Positions 17,716-28,061 of a DNA stretch of 64,000 nucleotides are shown one piece after another. The stretch spans positions 108,251-172,250 of the forward strand of contig JBKJIT010000001.1 in assembly GCA_046598345.1 (NCBI GenBank), in the 5' to 3' direction. Each line of letters starts with the position of its first letter. Position 1 is the first letter of the stretch. Source of the DNA: Minisyncoccia bacterium (GTDB lineage: Bacteria > Patescibacteriota > Minisyncoccia > Phycocordibacterales > UBA918). A program made the translations under genes and the position numbers. Under the pieces are notes generated by a model, which was given only the letters and a program-made list of their open reading frames with translations, did not search any database and had not been told where the DNA came from.

Positions 17716-18828
17716 ATGAAAATCCTTATCGCGACAGGTTTATATCCTCCCGACATCGGAGGTCCTGCAACGCATACACTCTTTCTTGAAAAAAATCTTC
17801 CGACGCATGGCATTTCGTACGCTGTGGTTCCCTTTGGTTCCGTACGGAAATATCCTCCGCTCATTCGTCATCTCGTATATGCAGTAAAACTCCTTCGAGC
17901 GGGACGCTCATGTGATGCGCTCTATGCGCTCGATACGGTTTCAGTGGGTTTTCCTTGCATGCTCGCTGCAATACTCCTCCGCAAACCGTTCTATCTTCGT
18001 GTTCCGGGTGATTATGCGTGGGAGCAGGGCCAGCAGCGATGGGGACTTATGGAAACGCTCGATGCGTACCTTGAGGAACGAAAGCACGCGCCGTTTTTTG
18101 TTCGACTTTTTGCATTCATCCAAACGCGTGTGGCGCGTAGAGCGACGCATGTCATTGTGCCAAGTGACTACATGAAACGTGTGGTGACATCATGGGGTAT
18201 TGATGCTCATCGCATTACACGCGTCTACAGTGCTCTTCAATCTCTTGAAGTCCGTGAACCCAAAGAAGTGCTTCGGAAGCAATTTGGTTTAAAAGGATTT
18301 GTGGTCATGACCGCTGCGCGCCTCGTGCCGTGGAAGGGGGTGAGCGCGCTCATTGATGCAATTGCGTCCCTCAGAAAAGAAGGATTCGATGTATCGCTCC
18401 AGGTCGTGGGTGATGGTCCACTCCGAGAGACGCTGAGGAAACGTGCTTGGGAAAAGGGGATTGCAGAGTGTGTGTACTTTCAGGGCGCGGTGTCCCATGA
18501 CCTCCTTGCAAAGTATCTCAAAGCGTCTGATGCGTTTGTGCTTAACACCTCCTATGAGGGAATGTCACATCAACTTCTCGAAGTCATGAGTCTCGGGATT
18601 CCCGTTATTACGACGCCTGTGGGGGGAAACGAAGAACTCATTACCCATATGCAGGAGGGAATTCTTGTACCCTTTAATGATACAGAAAAAATTAAAGAAG
18701 CACTTAAGGAACTATGCGAAAGTGAACAACTTCGGAGCGCACTCGTGGCCCACGCGCGACTCCGACTCTCTGCTTTTTCTGAAGACACGAGCATACGAGA
18801 GATTGTGTCCGTCTTAAAAAACGGATAA
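17716..18828 (+). CDS. glycosyltransferase family 4
   Basis: MKILIATGLYPPDIGGPATH N-terminus. C-terminal EGMSHQLLEVMSLGIPVITTPVGGNEE. Confidence 0.8.
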   Translation: MKILIATGLYPPDIGGPATHTLFLEKNLPTHGISYAVVPFGSVRKYPPLIRHLVYAVKLLRAGRSCDALYALDTVSVGFPCMLAAILLRKPFYLRVPGDYAWEQGQQRWGLMETLDAYLEERKHAPFFVRLFAFIQTRVARRATHVIVPSDYMKRVVTSWGIDAHRITRVYSALQSLEVREPKEVLRKQFGLKGFVVMTAARLVPWKGVSALIDAIASLRKEGFDVSLQVVGDGPLRETLRKRAWEKGIAECVYFQGAVSHDLLAKYLKASDAFVLNTSYEGMSHQLLEVMSLGIPVITTPVGGNEELITHMQEGILVPFNDTEKIKEALKELCESEQLRSALVAHARLRLSAFSEDTSIREIVSVLKNG

Positions 18829-18887
18829 TTTTTAAAATGCGTTCAGGCTTGTAAAGATGCTGTAATAAGATATCGTACTCTCTATCT

Positions 18888-20030
18888 ATGCATGTTGTAA
18901 GCTTAGCGCTTGATCCAAAAACACTCGACCCTGAAAGCGTCGTGGCGTTTCGAAACCGTGCGTACGGGAGACTCACCGAGCACTATTCGATTGTTGTTCC
19001 ATCTCCCGCTACGATGGTGGTGCATCTTTCAGATAAGACTACGGTGTACGGCGTGGGTGGTTTTCATAAAGTGGTGCAGCTTATTTCTATGTACCGGCGC
19101 GCGAGGGCCCTCATTCGTGCAGGGAAGTGTGATGTGATTACCAGCCAGGATATGTACTTCCTCGGTCTCCTCGGTCTTTTCCTCGCGCGCCGGTACCACC
19201 TCGGCTTAGAAGTGCAGGTGCTTGGCATTGAAAAACTCACGCCGTTCCGAAAACGGATTGCGCTCTTTGTGCTACATCGCGCCGGAGTGGTGCGCGCACT
19301 CAGTGATCGTCTTAAAGATCGCCTCATTACTGAGTTTAATGTCCCTGAGAAACTCATTAACGTGGTCACGATCTATGTGGACGTACAGAAGCTTGGTCTT
19401 GATGTGCGATCCTTGAAAGGTAAAGACACAGAGGAGTTTGAACGTCTCACGCGTGCATTCCGCGAACAGTATGGAAGCCGGATGAATTTCCTCTCCGTTT
19501 CAAGGCTCGTGCCGATTAAGCGAATTGAGCTTCAGCTCGAAGCCATCGCTGCACTCAAACAGCGATTTCCGCAGGTAATGCTCCACATTGTAGGGGATGG
19601 TCCAGATGAAGTACGCATCAAGACACTCGTCTCAAACCTTGGACTCGAAAAGGAAGTACTATTCCATGGGTATCAAACCGGATACGCGCTCGGTATGTTC
19701 TACATTGAGTGTGATTGTTTTCTTCTTACTTCCGATTACGAAGGATGGGGGATGGTCATTATTGAGGCTGCGACAGCAGGACTTCCTATCATCATGACTG
19801 ATGTCGGGTGTGCACGTGAATTCATTCGGGATGAGAAAAGCGGGCTCGTCATTCCACCTCAGGATGGGCAGGCGCTCATAGGCGCAATGGAGCGAGTTAT
19901 TACAGACCCGGAATTGAGACAGAAACTCTCGGTCGGCGCAATACAGGCGCTTGCGCAACTACCGAGCTTTGATACGATTCTCATGCGTTATAAAGAAAAT
20001 TGGGAGGTTGCCTTGTCCAGACGGATGTAA
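18888..20030 (+). CDS. glycosyltransferase family 4
   Basis: EGWGMVIIEAATAGLPIIMTDVGCAREFI E-x7-E region. Confidence 0.8.
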   Translation: MHVVSLALDPKTLDPESVVAFRNRAYGRLTEHYSIVVPSPATMVVHLSDKTTVYGVGGFHKVVQLISMYRRARALIRAGKCDVITSQDMYFLGLLGLFLARRYHLGLEVQVLGIEKLTPFRKRIALFVLHRAGVVRALSDRLKDRLITEFNVPEKLINVVTIYVDVQKLGLDVRSLKGKDTEEFERLTRAFREQYGSRMNFLSVSRLVPIKRIELQLEAIAALKQRFPQVMLHIVGDGPDEVRIKTLVSNLGLEKEVLFHGYQTGYALGMFYIECDCFLLTSDYEGWGMVIIEAATAGLPIIMTDVGCAREFIRDEKSGLVIPPQDGQALIGAMERVITDPELRQKLSVGAIQALAQLPSFDTILMRYKENWEVALSRRM

Positions 20031-20039
20031 TTATTTTTT

Positions 20040-20975
20040 ATGAATATACTTATCACAGGAGGAGCAGGGTTTCAGGGAAGCCATCTCGCAGAACGCATGC
20101 TCGCAAAGGGACATTCAGTAACTATCCTCAATACCTTTTCTGATGAGAAAAAGCGCAACATCGCTTCATTCCAGGATAAGCTTAATGTCGTCTTTGGATC
20201 TATCACTGATCCAGTTCTCATTGAAAAGACCGTCCGTGGTCACGATGTGGTATTTCACCTCGCTGCGAATGTGAACGTTGATCACTCACTCTCTGATCCA
20301 AAGAGTTTTCTCGATGTGAACGTTATGGGAACGTTTAATATTTTGGAGCAGGTGCGGGCGCATGGCATCCGTATGATTCATGCATCAACGTGTGAAGTAT
20401 ACGGCGATGGGCATGACCTAAAGGACGGGGAACTGCTCGATGAGACCGCAGAGCTTAAGCCGAAGAGTCCATACGCGGCATCGAAGGCTGCAGCTGACCG
20501 TCTCTGCTACGCGTATCACGCGTCATTTGGGGTAAATGTAACTATCGTGCGCCCGTTTAATATTTTTGGGGAACGACAAAAGAGCGGAACGTTCGGAGCG
20601 CTCATTCCAATTCTCGTACGTAAGGCGATGTCGGGAGAAAAGCTTACGGTTTTTGGCGATGGTACTGCAACGCGTGATTATCTGCACGTCAGTGATCTCG
20701 TGAGTGCGTATGAGCTCGTAATGGATACATCAGGACTCGAAGGAAAAAGTATTAACTTTGCGAGCGGAAAGAACACATCCGTAAAAGAAATTGCAGAATA
20801 TATTGGAAAGAAGTTTAGTGCAGAAGTGAAGCATGGTCCTGCGCGTCCCGGAGAGGTGACGCGTTTCCCTGCAGATATTTCGTACGCAGAGAGTATTGGA
20901 TTTGCTCCACAAATTTCAATATGGAATGGCATCGACCGGTACATTGAATGGGCGAAAAAAGAAGCTCAAGTGTAA
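20040..20975 (+). CDS. NAD-dependent epimerase/dehydratase (dTDP-glucose 4,6-dehydratase / UDP-sugar epimerase family)
   Basis: ITGGAGFQGSHL. Catalytic YAASK (YxxxK) motif. 311 aa. Confidence 0.85.
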   Translation: MNILITGGAGFQGSHLAERMLAKGHSVTILNTFSDEKKRNIASFQDKLNVVFGSITDPVLIEKTVRGHDVVFHLAANVNVDHSLSDPKSFLDVNVMGTFNILEQVRAHGIRMIHASTCEVYGDGHDLKDGELLDETAELKPKSPYAASKAAADRLCYAYHASFGVNVTIVRPFNIFGERQKSGTFGALIPILVRKAMSGEKLTVFGDGTATRDYLHVSDLVSAYELVMDTSGLEGKSINFASGKNTSVKEIAEYIGKKFSAEVKHGPARPGEVTRFPADISYAESIGFAPQISIWNGIDRYIEWAKKEAQV

Positions 20976-21007
20976 GTAGGGTGAGTGGGTAGCTTTGAAT
21001 AGTCGCC

Positions 21008-22402
21008 TTGAACAGACGGTATACTATCTGTGTGCCAAAACGAGATCTCTCACAATTCATTCCACCTATTGATCCTGCAAAACATGCAGCGGGTGTTTTA
21101 AATTCAGTGTTAGAAAAAACGGGAACACAATCTCAATCGCCAGCGAGTGAAGACACTCTGGCACGTATGGAGAATGCATGGGGTCATATTGAGGCAGGAA
21201 AGGCGCTGACGGGAGGATCAGTTTTGGAGCGAAGTGCTTCCGGCCGTTCGCTCCGACTTCTCATTCTTTCGCGCGATCTTGCGCTCTTTGAAGGAGGAAG
21301 TCTTGCTCAGAATCAGCTTCTCGAACTTGCCGAGCGTTTTTCAGAAGTTCATGTCATCGTACTCTCAGTGACCGGGACGGGATCCAAAGTCCCTCTGCGC
21401 ATTCAGAATCAAGTATGGGTGTACCCGACGTACTCAAAGTACTGGTGGAAAACAGGCTTCGATGCGTATCGCATCGCGGAGGAGCAGCTATCATTTGCGC
21501 AGGGTTTTCGAGCAGATCTCGTCATTGCACACGATCCGTTTGAATCTGGAGTGGCCGCGCATTTCATTGCAAAAAAGTACGAGCGGCCACTCCAGATTCA
21601 TGTGCGCGAAGATTTTTACGATCCGCATTTTAAGCTTCTGGATGAACACAACAGTCTAAGGGTGTTTGTGGCGTCCTATGCACTCAGTCACGCAGAATCG
21701 ATTCGGACAAAGACAGCGTATATTCGTGAACGCTTGATCTCGGAGGATCCTCACCTGGAAAAGCGCACAGAAGTACTTCCAAACTATATTAATTTAAAAG
21801 CTTGGCGAGATGCCGTCCCAGCGTTCAGTCTGGAGATGCGCTATCCTCAATTTAAATTCATCATCGTTCATATTTCACAGATGACTAAAGCATCGCACAC
21901 GCAAGAGGTTATTAACGGTACGCTTCGACTCCTCAGTCAGTACCCTATGATGGGACTCGTCATTGTTGGCTCGGGGCCACTTCGTGCTACGTACGAGAAA
22001 TATGTTACTGAACTCAAGATGACGCGTCAGATTATTTTTGAACCCATGCCTGACGAAGTGCTCTCGCATTTAAAAACGGCGCACGTATGTATCCACCTCT
22101 CCATTGACGACGCGGAATCACACATCCCACTCATGGCGGCTGCGGCAAAGATCCCCATGATCATCAATGCAGAAGCAGGTAAGGAAATATTTAAAGACAA
22201 TGAATCTGCATTTCTCTGCGGAGCGACAGACGTAGAGTGTGTGGGGGCAAGGCTTAATACATTTCTTAATCAAAATGCGCTTCGGACAAGTTTTGGTGAT
22301 GAGGCAGAAAATGCTATCTTTACCCATATTGAGCAAGATTTTGAGTCATATATGGACGCCTATGCGGGAAGCATAGAACGTTCCTTTGCGCAGGCGAGTT
22401 AG
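21008..22402 (+). CDS. GT-B fold glycosyltransferase (GT4-like, divergent); start uncertain
   Basis: Two Rossmann-like halves (LRLLILSRDLALFEGGS ... GLVIVGSGP ... IPMIINAEAGKE). Low similarity to the canonical motif. Confidence 0.5.
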   Translation: MNRRYTICVPKRDLSQFIPPIDPAKHAAGVLNSVLEKTGTQSQSPASEDTLARMENAWGHIEAGKALTGGSVLERSASGRSLRLLILSRDLALFEGGSLAQNQLLELAERFSEVHVIVLSVTGTGSKVPLRIQNQVWVYPTYSKYWWKTGFDAYRIAEEQLSFAQGFRADLVIAHDPFESGVAAHFIAKKYERPLQIHVREDFYDPHFKLLDEHNSLRVFVASYALSHAESIRTKTAYIRERLISEDPHLEKRTEVLPNYINLKAWRDAVPAFSLEMRYPQFKFIIVHISQMTKASHTQEVINGTLRLLSQYPMMGLVIVGSGPLRATYEKYVTELKMTRQIIFEPMPDEVLSHLKTAHVCIHLSIDDAESHIPLMAAAAKIPMIINAEAGKEIFKDNESAFLCGATDVECVGARLNTFLNQNALRTSFGDEAENAIFTHIEQDFESYMDAYAGSIERSFAQAS

Positions 22403-22428
22403 GGTAAAGGCAGTAATGAGAATTTTGG

Positions 22429-23439
22429 ATGCGACTACTCATCACCACTCAGACAGTTGATACAGAAGACCCTATTCTTGGTTTTTTTCATGGGTGGCTG
22501 ATTGAACTCTCTAAGCATGTTGAACATATTCATGTGGTGTGTCTTCGTAAAGGAGCCTACACCCTTCCGCAAAACATCACCGTTCACTCGTTGGGAAAAG
22601 AAGATCGACAAAATCGGCTCGCGTACGTTCTTACCTTTTATAAAAATGTGTGGAAGCTCCGCAACGAATACGACATTGTGTTTTCTCATATGAATCCCCA
22701 CTACATTGTTCTTGCAGGATTATTTTGGCTCATAACCGGCAAACGAATCTTTCTCTGGAGAAATCATGCGAAGATGAACATGAAGAGTCGTATCGCGGCG
22801 TGGTTTTCAAGACGTGTGTTTTACACTTCTCCGTATGCATGTATGCGGCGATTCCGGCATTCTATGCAGATGCCGGTGGGAATTGATACGGAATTATTTA
22901 AGCCACAGCCAGAAATCGTGCGCGAAGAGGGAACAGTCCTTTTTCTCGGCCGTCTTTCTCCAGTGAAGCGTCCTGAACTCATGATGGAAAGCACAAAGCA
23001 TGTGCCGGAGCTTCGTATACATGTGTACGGGGACGAGCCCGGCGGCTCGCATACGTATGGTGACGCACTGAGGGCACAGAGTGGGGAAAACACTTCCTTT
23101 TTTCCTTCGCTTCCAAATTATAAAACTCCGAAAGTGTACGCTGCTCACGATATCTATGTAAATCTTACTCCAGAAGGAAGTATGGATAAAACGGTTCTTG
23201 AGGCCGCAGCATGCGGCACACTCGTGCTCGTTTCAAATCGCTCGTTCCAGGATGTATTACCACCGGAATGTACTCTCGCCCATGACCGACCGGAAGATAT
23301 TGGAGCAGCACTTCGAACACTCATACATCTTGCCCCAGAGAAAAAAAATAGCTATCGTGTAACCTTAAACCAAATGGTTCTTGAGTCCCATTCTCTAAAG
23401 AAACTTGTGAACACCCTCATTAGTCAGTTTGCATCATGA
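22429..23439 (+). CDS. glycosyltransferase (GT4/GT1-like)
   Basis: TVLFLGRLSPVKRPELMM and LEAAACGTLVLVSN GT-B C-terminal half. Confidence 0.6.
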   Translation: MRLLITTQTVDTEDPILGFFHGWLIELSKHVEHIHVVCLRKGAYTLPQNITVHSLGKEDRQNRLAYVLTFYKNVWKLRNEYDIVFSHMNPHYIVLAGLFWLITGKRIFLWRNHAKMNMKSRIAAWFSRRVFYTSPYACMRRFRHSMQMPVGIDTELFKPQPEIVREEGTVLFLGRLSPVKRPELMMESTKHVPELRIHVYGDEPGGSHTYGDALRAQSGENTSFFPSLPNYKTPKVYAAHDIYVNLTPEGSMDKTVLEAAACGTLVLVSNRSFQDVLPPECTLAHDRPEDIGAALRTLIHLAPEKKNSYRVTLNQMVLESHSLKKLVNTLISQFAS

Positions 23440-24278
23440 CACATATCGATTTCATAGGTATCGGAGCGCAAAAATCAGCCACATCGTGGGTGTATGCCTG
23501 TCTCTACGAACATCCGCAGATTTGTGCACCGATTAAGGAAATACACTTCTTTAGTCGCCCTCGCTTTAGCGAGGGAAAAGAGTGGTATGAAGATCATTTT
23601 AAACGCTGTGGAGAAGGAAAACTGTGTGGGGAATTTTCGACCTCGTATCTGTATTCGAAAGACGCGCCCCTGCGCATTCATTCTTTGTACCCGAACGCTA
23701 AACTTATTGCCATCCTTAGGAATCCTATTGATCGCGCATACTCGCACTATCGAAATGCAATCAAGGCGGGAGAAATCAAGGAATCAGAATCGTTTGAATC
23801 GTTCAGCGCACGGGAAGTGAGTGTGCTGGAGCAGGGTCTCTTCACACAGCAGCTCACGCGGTATTTCGAACTTTTCCCGCGCGAGCAAGTCCTCATTCTT
23901 ATTCAGGAAGATATTGAAAAAAGTCCGGAGGCATTTATGGAACGGATTTTTACGTTTCTAGGAGTCGACTCTACTTTTGTGCCAACTATGCTCCATACGC
24001 AAGTAAATGTTGGACGCATCCCAAAACGTGTGTTTATTGACCGCATGATGACGCACACTGCAGAATTTCTCCGAAAGATTGGATTTGATCGCTTTGTGTG
24101 GATTATTCGGAAACTTGGAATGCCCGACTTTGTGCGTTCATTTAATACTAAGGAGGGCAAGAAAGAAGGTAAGCCTCCCTATGATCGCGGAGCACTCGCA
24201 GCGTATTTTCGAGATGATGTGCGCGGCCTCACAGAATTTTTGGGGCGTGATATGGTAAAGGAATGGAACCTCGAGTAA
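23436..24278 (+). CDS. sulfotransferase family protein (PAPS-dependent)
   Basis: 5'-PSB motif GAQKSATSW near the N-terminus and 3'-PB-like ILRNPIDRAYSHY. 280 aa. Confidence 0.7.
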   Translation: MTHIDFIGIGAQKSATSWVYACLYEHPQICAPIKEIHFFSRPRFSEGKEWYEDHFKRCGEGKLCGEFSTSYLYSKDAPLRIHSLYPNAKLIAILRNPIDRAYSHYRNAIKAGEIKESESFESFSAREVSVLEQGLFTQQLTRYFELFPREQVLILIQEDIEKSPEAFMERIFTFLGVDSTFVPTMLHTQVNVGRIPKRVFIDRMMTHTAEFLRKIGFDRFVWIIRKLGMPDFVRSFNTKEGKKEGKPPYDRGALAAYFRDDVRGLTEFLGRDMVKEWNLE

Positions 24279-25087
24279 CACATACGCTACGCGATACCCT
24301 CGTAAGTCTCCTGGGGATTTTGGGTATTACAACTCTCTATAACCTGAGAGAAAAACGCCGCGGACCCCTCGTGCGTGTCCTCGTCTTTCATGATGTTACC
24401 GACGCCGTTTGGTTTGATTCTGTCATGAAGGAACTCAGTCTGCATGTTCATTTTCTCAGCCCGAGCGCCTTTGAAGCGGGTAATTTTATGTCGGATCGTG
24501 TAAATGTACTCGTAACCTTCGATGATGGGTACGCATCATGGGTAGAGATCTGTCTTTCGATTCTTGCTAAGTATAAATGCACTGCGGTATTTCTTGTAAA
24601 TTCAGGACTCCTCGATTCAAAAGACAAGAATACGAAAGCGACGTACGTACGTGAGCGCCTCCTCCTTTCCACAATGCGAGAGGTACTGACGTGGGATGGG
24701 CTGAGGGCGCTCGCTCACGAGGGACATACGATTGGGGGACACACGAGAACGCATGCGCGGCTCGGAGAGTTACAGGATGATGTGGCACTAGAAGAAATTC
24801 GAGGTGATAAAGCACGCGTTGAAGCAGAGCTTGACTCAACGCTCACCTGGTTTGCGTATCCCTTTGGAAATCCGGGAGACTACACGAAGCGTACCGCCGC
24901 GCTCGTTAGGGAATCGGGGTACCAGTATGCGTGCACAACTGAGGCGGCATTTGTGTCACCGGGAGGAGAGAGGATGGTGATCCCGCGTCTCTGTTTGCCA
25001 GACGGCCTTTCTCCACGCGCCGTTCGCTCGTGGGTGAGTGGAGGATATGATGTGCTTCGTAAACTAAAAAAACTATGTGTGGAATAA
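24263..25087 (+). CDS. polysaccharide deacetylase (CE4/NodB homology domain)
   Basis: VLVTFDDGYASW (TFDDG motif) and HTRTH histidine motif. Confidence 0.75.
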   Translation: MEPRVTHTLRDTLVSLLGILGITTLYNLREKRRGPLVRVLVFHDVTDAVWFDSVMKELSLHVHFLSPSAFEAGNFMSDRVNVLVTFDDGYASWVEICLSILAKYKCTAVFLVNSGLLDSKDKNTKATYVRERLLLSTMREVLTWDGLRALAHEGHTIGGHTRTHARLGELQDDVALEEIRGDKARVEAELDSTLTWFAYPFGNPGDYTKRTAALVRESGYQYACTTEAAFVSPGGERMVIPRLCLPDGLSPRAVRSWVSGGYDVLRKLKKLCVE

Positions 25088-26907
25088 ACGGTATTACGAC
25101 AAACGACCCGGCTCGCGTAGATCGAATGAACCAAGCAATTATTCATCGTGGTCCAGACGGTTCGCGGATTTGGGAAGGGAACGGGATTACTCTCGGCCAC
25201 AATCGACTTGCGATTATTGATCTTTCCGACCTTGCAATTCAGCCCATGGCAGGAATTGATGGTCGATACGAGATCGTTTTTAACGGAGAAATCTATAATT
25301 ATCGTGAACTCCGTGCACAGCTTGCATCTAAATACACTTTCAAAACGGAAAGTGATACGGAAGTGCTCATCACTGCGTACCACGAGTGGGGCGAAGCGAT
25401 GTTTGCACGCCTTCGGGGTATGTTCGCGTTTGGTCTCTGGGATAATCGGGAGAAGACGCTTACACTTGTGCGCGACCATATGGGCATTAAACCCCTCTAT
25501 TACACTCAAAAAGAGGGTGTGCTTGCGTTTTCGTCTGAAATACCTGGGTTGCTACAGGGGATAGAAAATCGTGTCCTCAATCGGCGGCGGGTTGGAATGT
25601 ACCTCTCAATGGAATATGTGCCAGGTCCCAAAACGCTCATTGAAGGAGTGTATAAGCTTCAACCCGGACATCTACTCGTGTATGCGCGCGGAGCATATAC
25701 AGTTCGCTCGTATCTTGACGCACTTCCAAAAAAACGTGTGGTCACGGAGGAGGAGATCTACCGTACGATTGATGAAGGAGTGCACCGGCAAATGGTGTCC
25801 GATCGTCCTATCGGCGCATACCTCTCTGGAGGGTTTGATTCTAGTATCGTGGTGCATCACATGGCGAAGCATTCACCGCACACTAAAACGTATTCCGTCG
25901 ATTTTGAAGCAGTGCGGGGTGAGGAGGAGGACAGTGTCAAATTTAATGCCGATGCAGCTCTTGCGAAGCAGACTGCCGCCTTTTATGGCACTGACCATAA
26001 GACTCTTACAATCGGGCTTCAAGACGTGCGCGAGAACATGGAACGTGTGCTTTCGTCCATGAATGAACCGGTCGCAAATTCCACTGCGATCACACAATTT
26101 CTCCTCAGTGATTTTGTACGAAAGGACGGTGTCATTGTTGTCTTAGGCGGCGATGGAGGAGATGAGCTCTTTGCTGGTTACACGCGACACCGACTTGCGA
26201 TGGGTGCGTATATGTACCAGCAACTGCCACACTTCCTTCAACGACTCGGTGGAAGCCTAAGTGCACGTGTTGGAAAGCTTTCCACGCCGTTCTACACGCC
26301 GCTTCACCGCACACTAATGATTAAGGACGAAAAGAAAATTGCTCCCTTTCTTACGAGTGGACTTTCCATTAATCATGAGGTGGAGACTTACTTCAATGCG
26401 CTCTACGAGGACCCGCAGTTTAATGGAGTGCACCCCCTTGATGTATTTATGAATGTCGATCGGAGAACGTGGCTCGCTGATGAGTGTTTCGTGCGTTCCG
26501 ATTACACATCTATGGCGCACGGCATTGAACTCCGAGTGCCACTCCTTGATCTTGATATTATCAAGCTCGCGGACCAACTCTCAATCTGGAAGAAGGTGCT
26601 ACCGCATGAGGGAAAGCGGATTATTCGGAGTACGTATAAACCGTATTTACCAGCCCATCTCTACAACCAACCTAAACGTGGTTGGCTCAGCCCAGCGGCA
26701 AAATGGTTTCGGGACCCCGAGATAAGTTCGTTTGCTCGCGAAGTATTTTCATCGGAGTATTACTCAGGTCTTGACGGTCTATTCAACTGGGAAAGTGTAC
26801 AGTCTATGCTGAATACACATATTGAAAAGAGAGGATATTATCTGTATCCACTTTGGAATATTCTTGTCCTGCAGGTCTGGGCACGGAAGCACAACATATT
26901 TACATGA
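25075..26907 (+). CDS. asparagine synthase (glutamine-hydrolysing) family amidotransferase
   Basis: N-terminal MCGI nucleophile. SGGFDSS PP-loop. 610 aa. Confidence 0.85.
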   Translation: MCGINGITTNDPARVDRMNQAIIHRGPDGSRIWEGNGITLGHNRLAIIDLSDLAIQPMAGIDGRYEIVFNGEIYNYRELRAQLASKYTFKTESDTEVLITAYHEWGEAMFARLRGMFAFGLWDNREKTLTLVRDHMGIKPLYYTQKEGVLAFSSEIPGLLQGIENRVLNRRRVGMYLSMEYVPGPKTLIEGVYKLQPGHLLVYARGAYTVRSYLDALPKKRVVTEEEIYRTIDEGVHRQMVSDRPIGAYLSGGFDSSIVVHHMAKHSPHTKTYSVDFEAVRGEEEDSVKFNADAALAKQTAAFYGTDHKTLTIGLQDVRENMERVLSSMNEPVANSTAITQFLLSDFVRKDGVIVVLGGDGGDELFAGYTRHRLAMGAYMYQQLPHFLQRLGGSLSARVGKLSTPFYTPLHRTLMIKDEKKIAPFLTSGLSINHEVETYFNALYEDPQFNGVHPLDVFMNVDRRTWLADECFVRSDYTSMAHGIELRVPLLDLDIIKLADQLSIWKKVLPHEGKRIIRSTYKPYLPAHLYNQPKRGWLSPAAKWFRDPEISSFAREVFSSEYYSGLDGLFNWESVQSMLNTHIEKRGYYLYPLWNILVLQVWARKHNIFT

Positions 26908-26937
26908 AGCTTTTATAAAAATAAATAGCTTACCCTC

Positions 26938-28056
26938 ATGTTCTCTTTTTTCAAAGACAAACAGATTGCCCTCATTTTACTCGCAGTGGTGAGCGTGATA
27001 ATCGCATTTACGTATGTCGACAGTCATGCCATAAACGCGATAGGAAGCCCGCGGGTATGGAGTCCGGATACACAAACCTATATAGAAGCAATGAAATTCA
27101 TAGAGGGAAGCAGCACAGGGCCTCTCGAGCCTGTTGTGGCGACCCGGCTCCTCACTTCACCGTTATTGCTCACCTCGGCGCTGGGAATAAAATACATAGT
27201 AGGGGACTACGGATACGGCATTTTGTTTCTAAATTTTGTGCTGTATTTAGTGTCCGTTATTCTTTTTTATCAGTTAGCCCTTCAAATATACAAACAGGAA
27301 AGAATAGCTTTCATCGCTGCTTTTTTATATATCACCAATTGGTGTCTGTTTTCATTTGGCACTACCTATCTTTCAGATATGGGTGGTTGGTTTTTCTTCT
27401 TGCTCACCTCACTCCTCAGTGTTCTGTACTATCTTAAAAATAGAAGCGTATATTTGTATGCCGCAATAGCTGCCGCATGTATTGGCGTGCTCTTTAAAGA
27501 ATACGGCGCGCTCGGGATTATCAGTTTAGGAATGCTTATCATACTAGGCGCTCGTACATGGGGGCAGAAGATTCGAGATATTTTAGTTGCAGGGGTTTCT
27601 TTTCTATTGGTCTTAGTGGCCTACCACGCATGGTTTTATTTCCAGTTTGACTGGAGCTATGTAGATTGGTACCAGTATAATCACCAGCAATATCGAGAGA
27701 ATACCTACAAAACACTTGGTGCTGCCATTAGTACACTTATAAAAGTTATCGGGTGGGTGTTTCTCGCAGGATGGCCTTTTTTCGCGATGGGAGTATGGTA
27801 TGAGATCAAAGATGTCCTAGGACGAAATTACAGTCGCGCTATTCTACTTCTAGGACTCTTGCCTGCCTCGCTCTTTTTCCTTGTGTGGCCTGCTTTTACT
27901 CAGCGTGTTGCATTCACACTCGTTCCGTGGGTTGCATTAATAGCGGCGTATGGTCTCTCAAAAATACAAAAAACATGGTTTCTTGTAGTGCTACTCCTCA
28001 TCTATGCACTCATAAACTATCACGTGGACATACTTATGATAGTAATTAATATATAA
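26938..28056 (+). CDS. polytopic integral membrane protein, putative GT-C-like glycosyltransferase / polymerase
   Basis: About 10 TM helices with one larger loop near the N-terminus. No soluble domain. Located inside the glycan cluster. Confidence 0.5.
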   Translation: MFSFFKDKQIALILLAVVSVIIAFTYVDSHAINAIGSPRVWSPDTQTYIEAMKFIEGSSTGPLEPVVATRLLTSPLLLTSALGIKYIVGDYGYGILFLNFVLYLVSVILFYQLALQIYKQERIAFIAAFLYITNWCLFSFGTTYLSDMGGWFFFLLTSLLSVLYYLKNRSVYLYAAIAAACIGVLFKEYGALGIISLGMLIILGARTWGQKIRDILVAGVSFLLVLVAYHAWFYFQFDWSYVDWYQYNHQQYRENTYKTLGAAISTLIKVIGWVFLAGWPFFAMGVWYEIKDVLGRNYSRAILLLGLLPASLFFLVWPAFTQRVAFTLVPWVALIAAYGLSKIQKTWFLVVLLLIYALINYHVDILMIVINI

Positions 28057-28061
28057 ATTGC

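Noticed and set aside
24880-25509. 209-aa minus-strand ORF spanning the deacetylase/AsnB junction
   Set aside because: Overlaps two motif-supported sense genes. No start signals.
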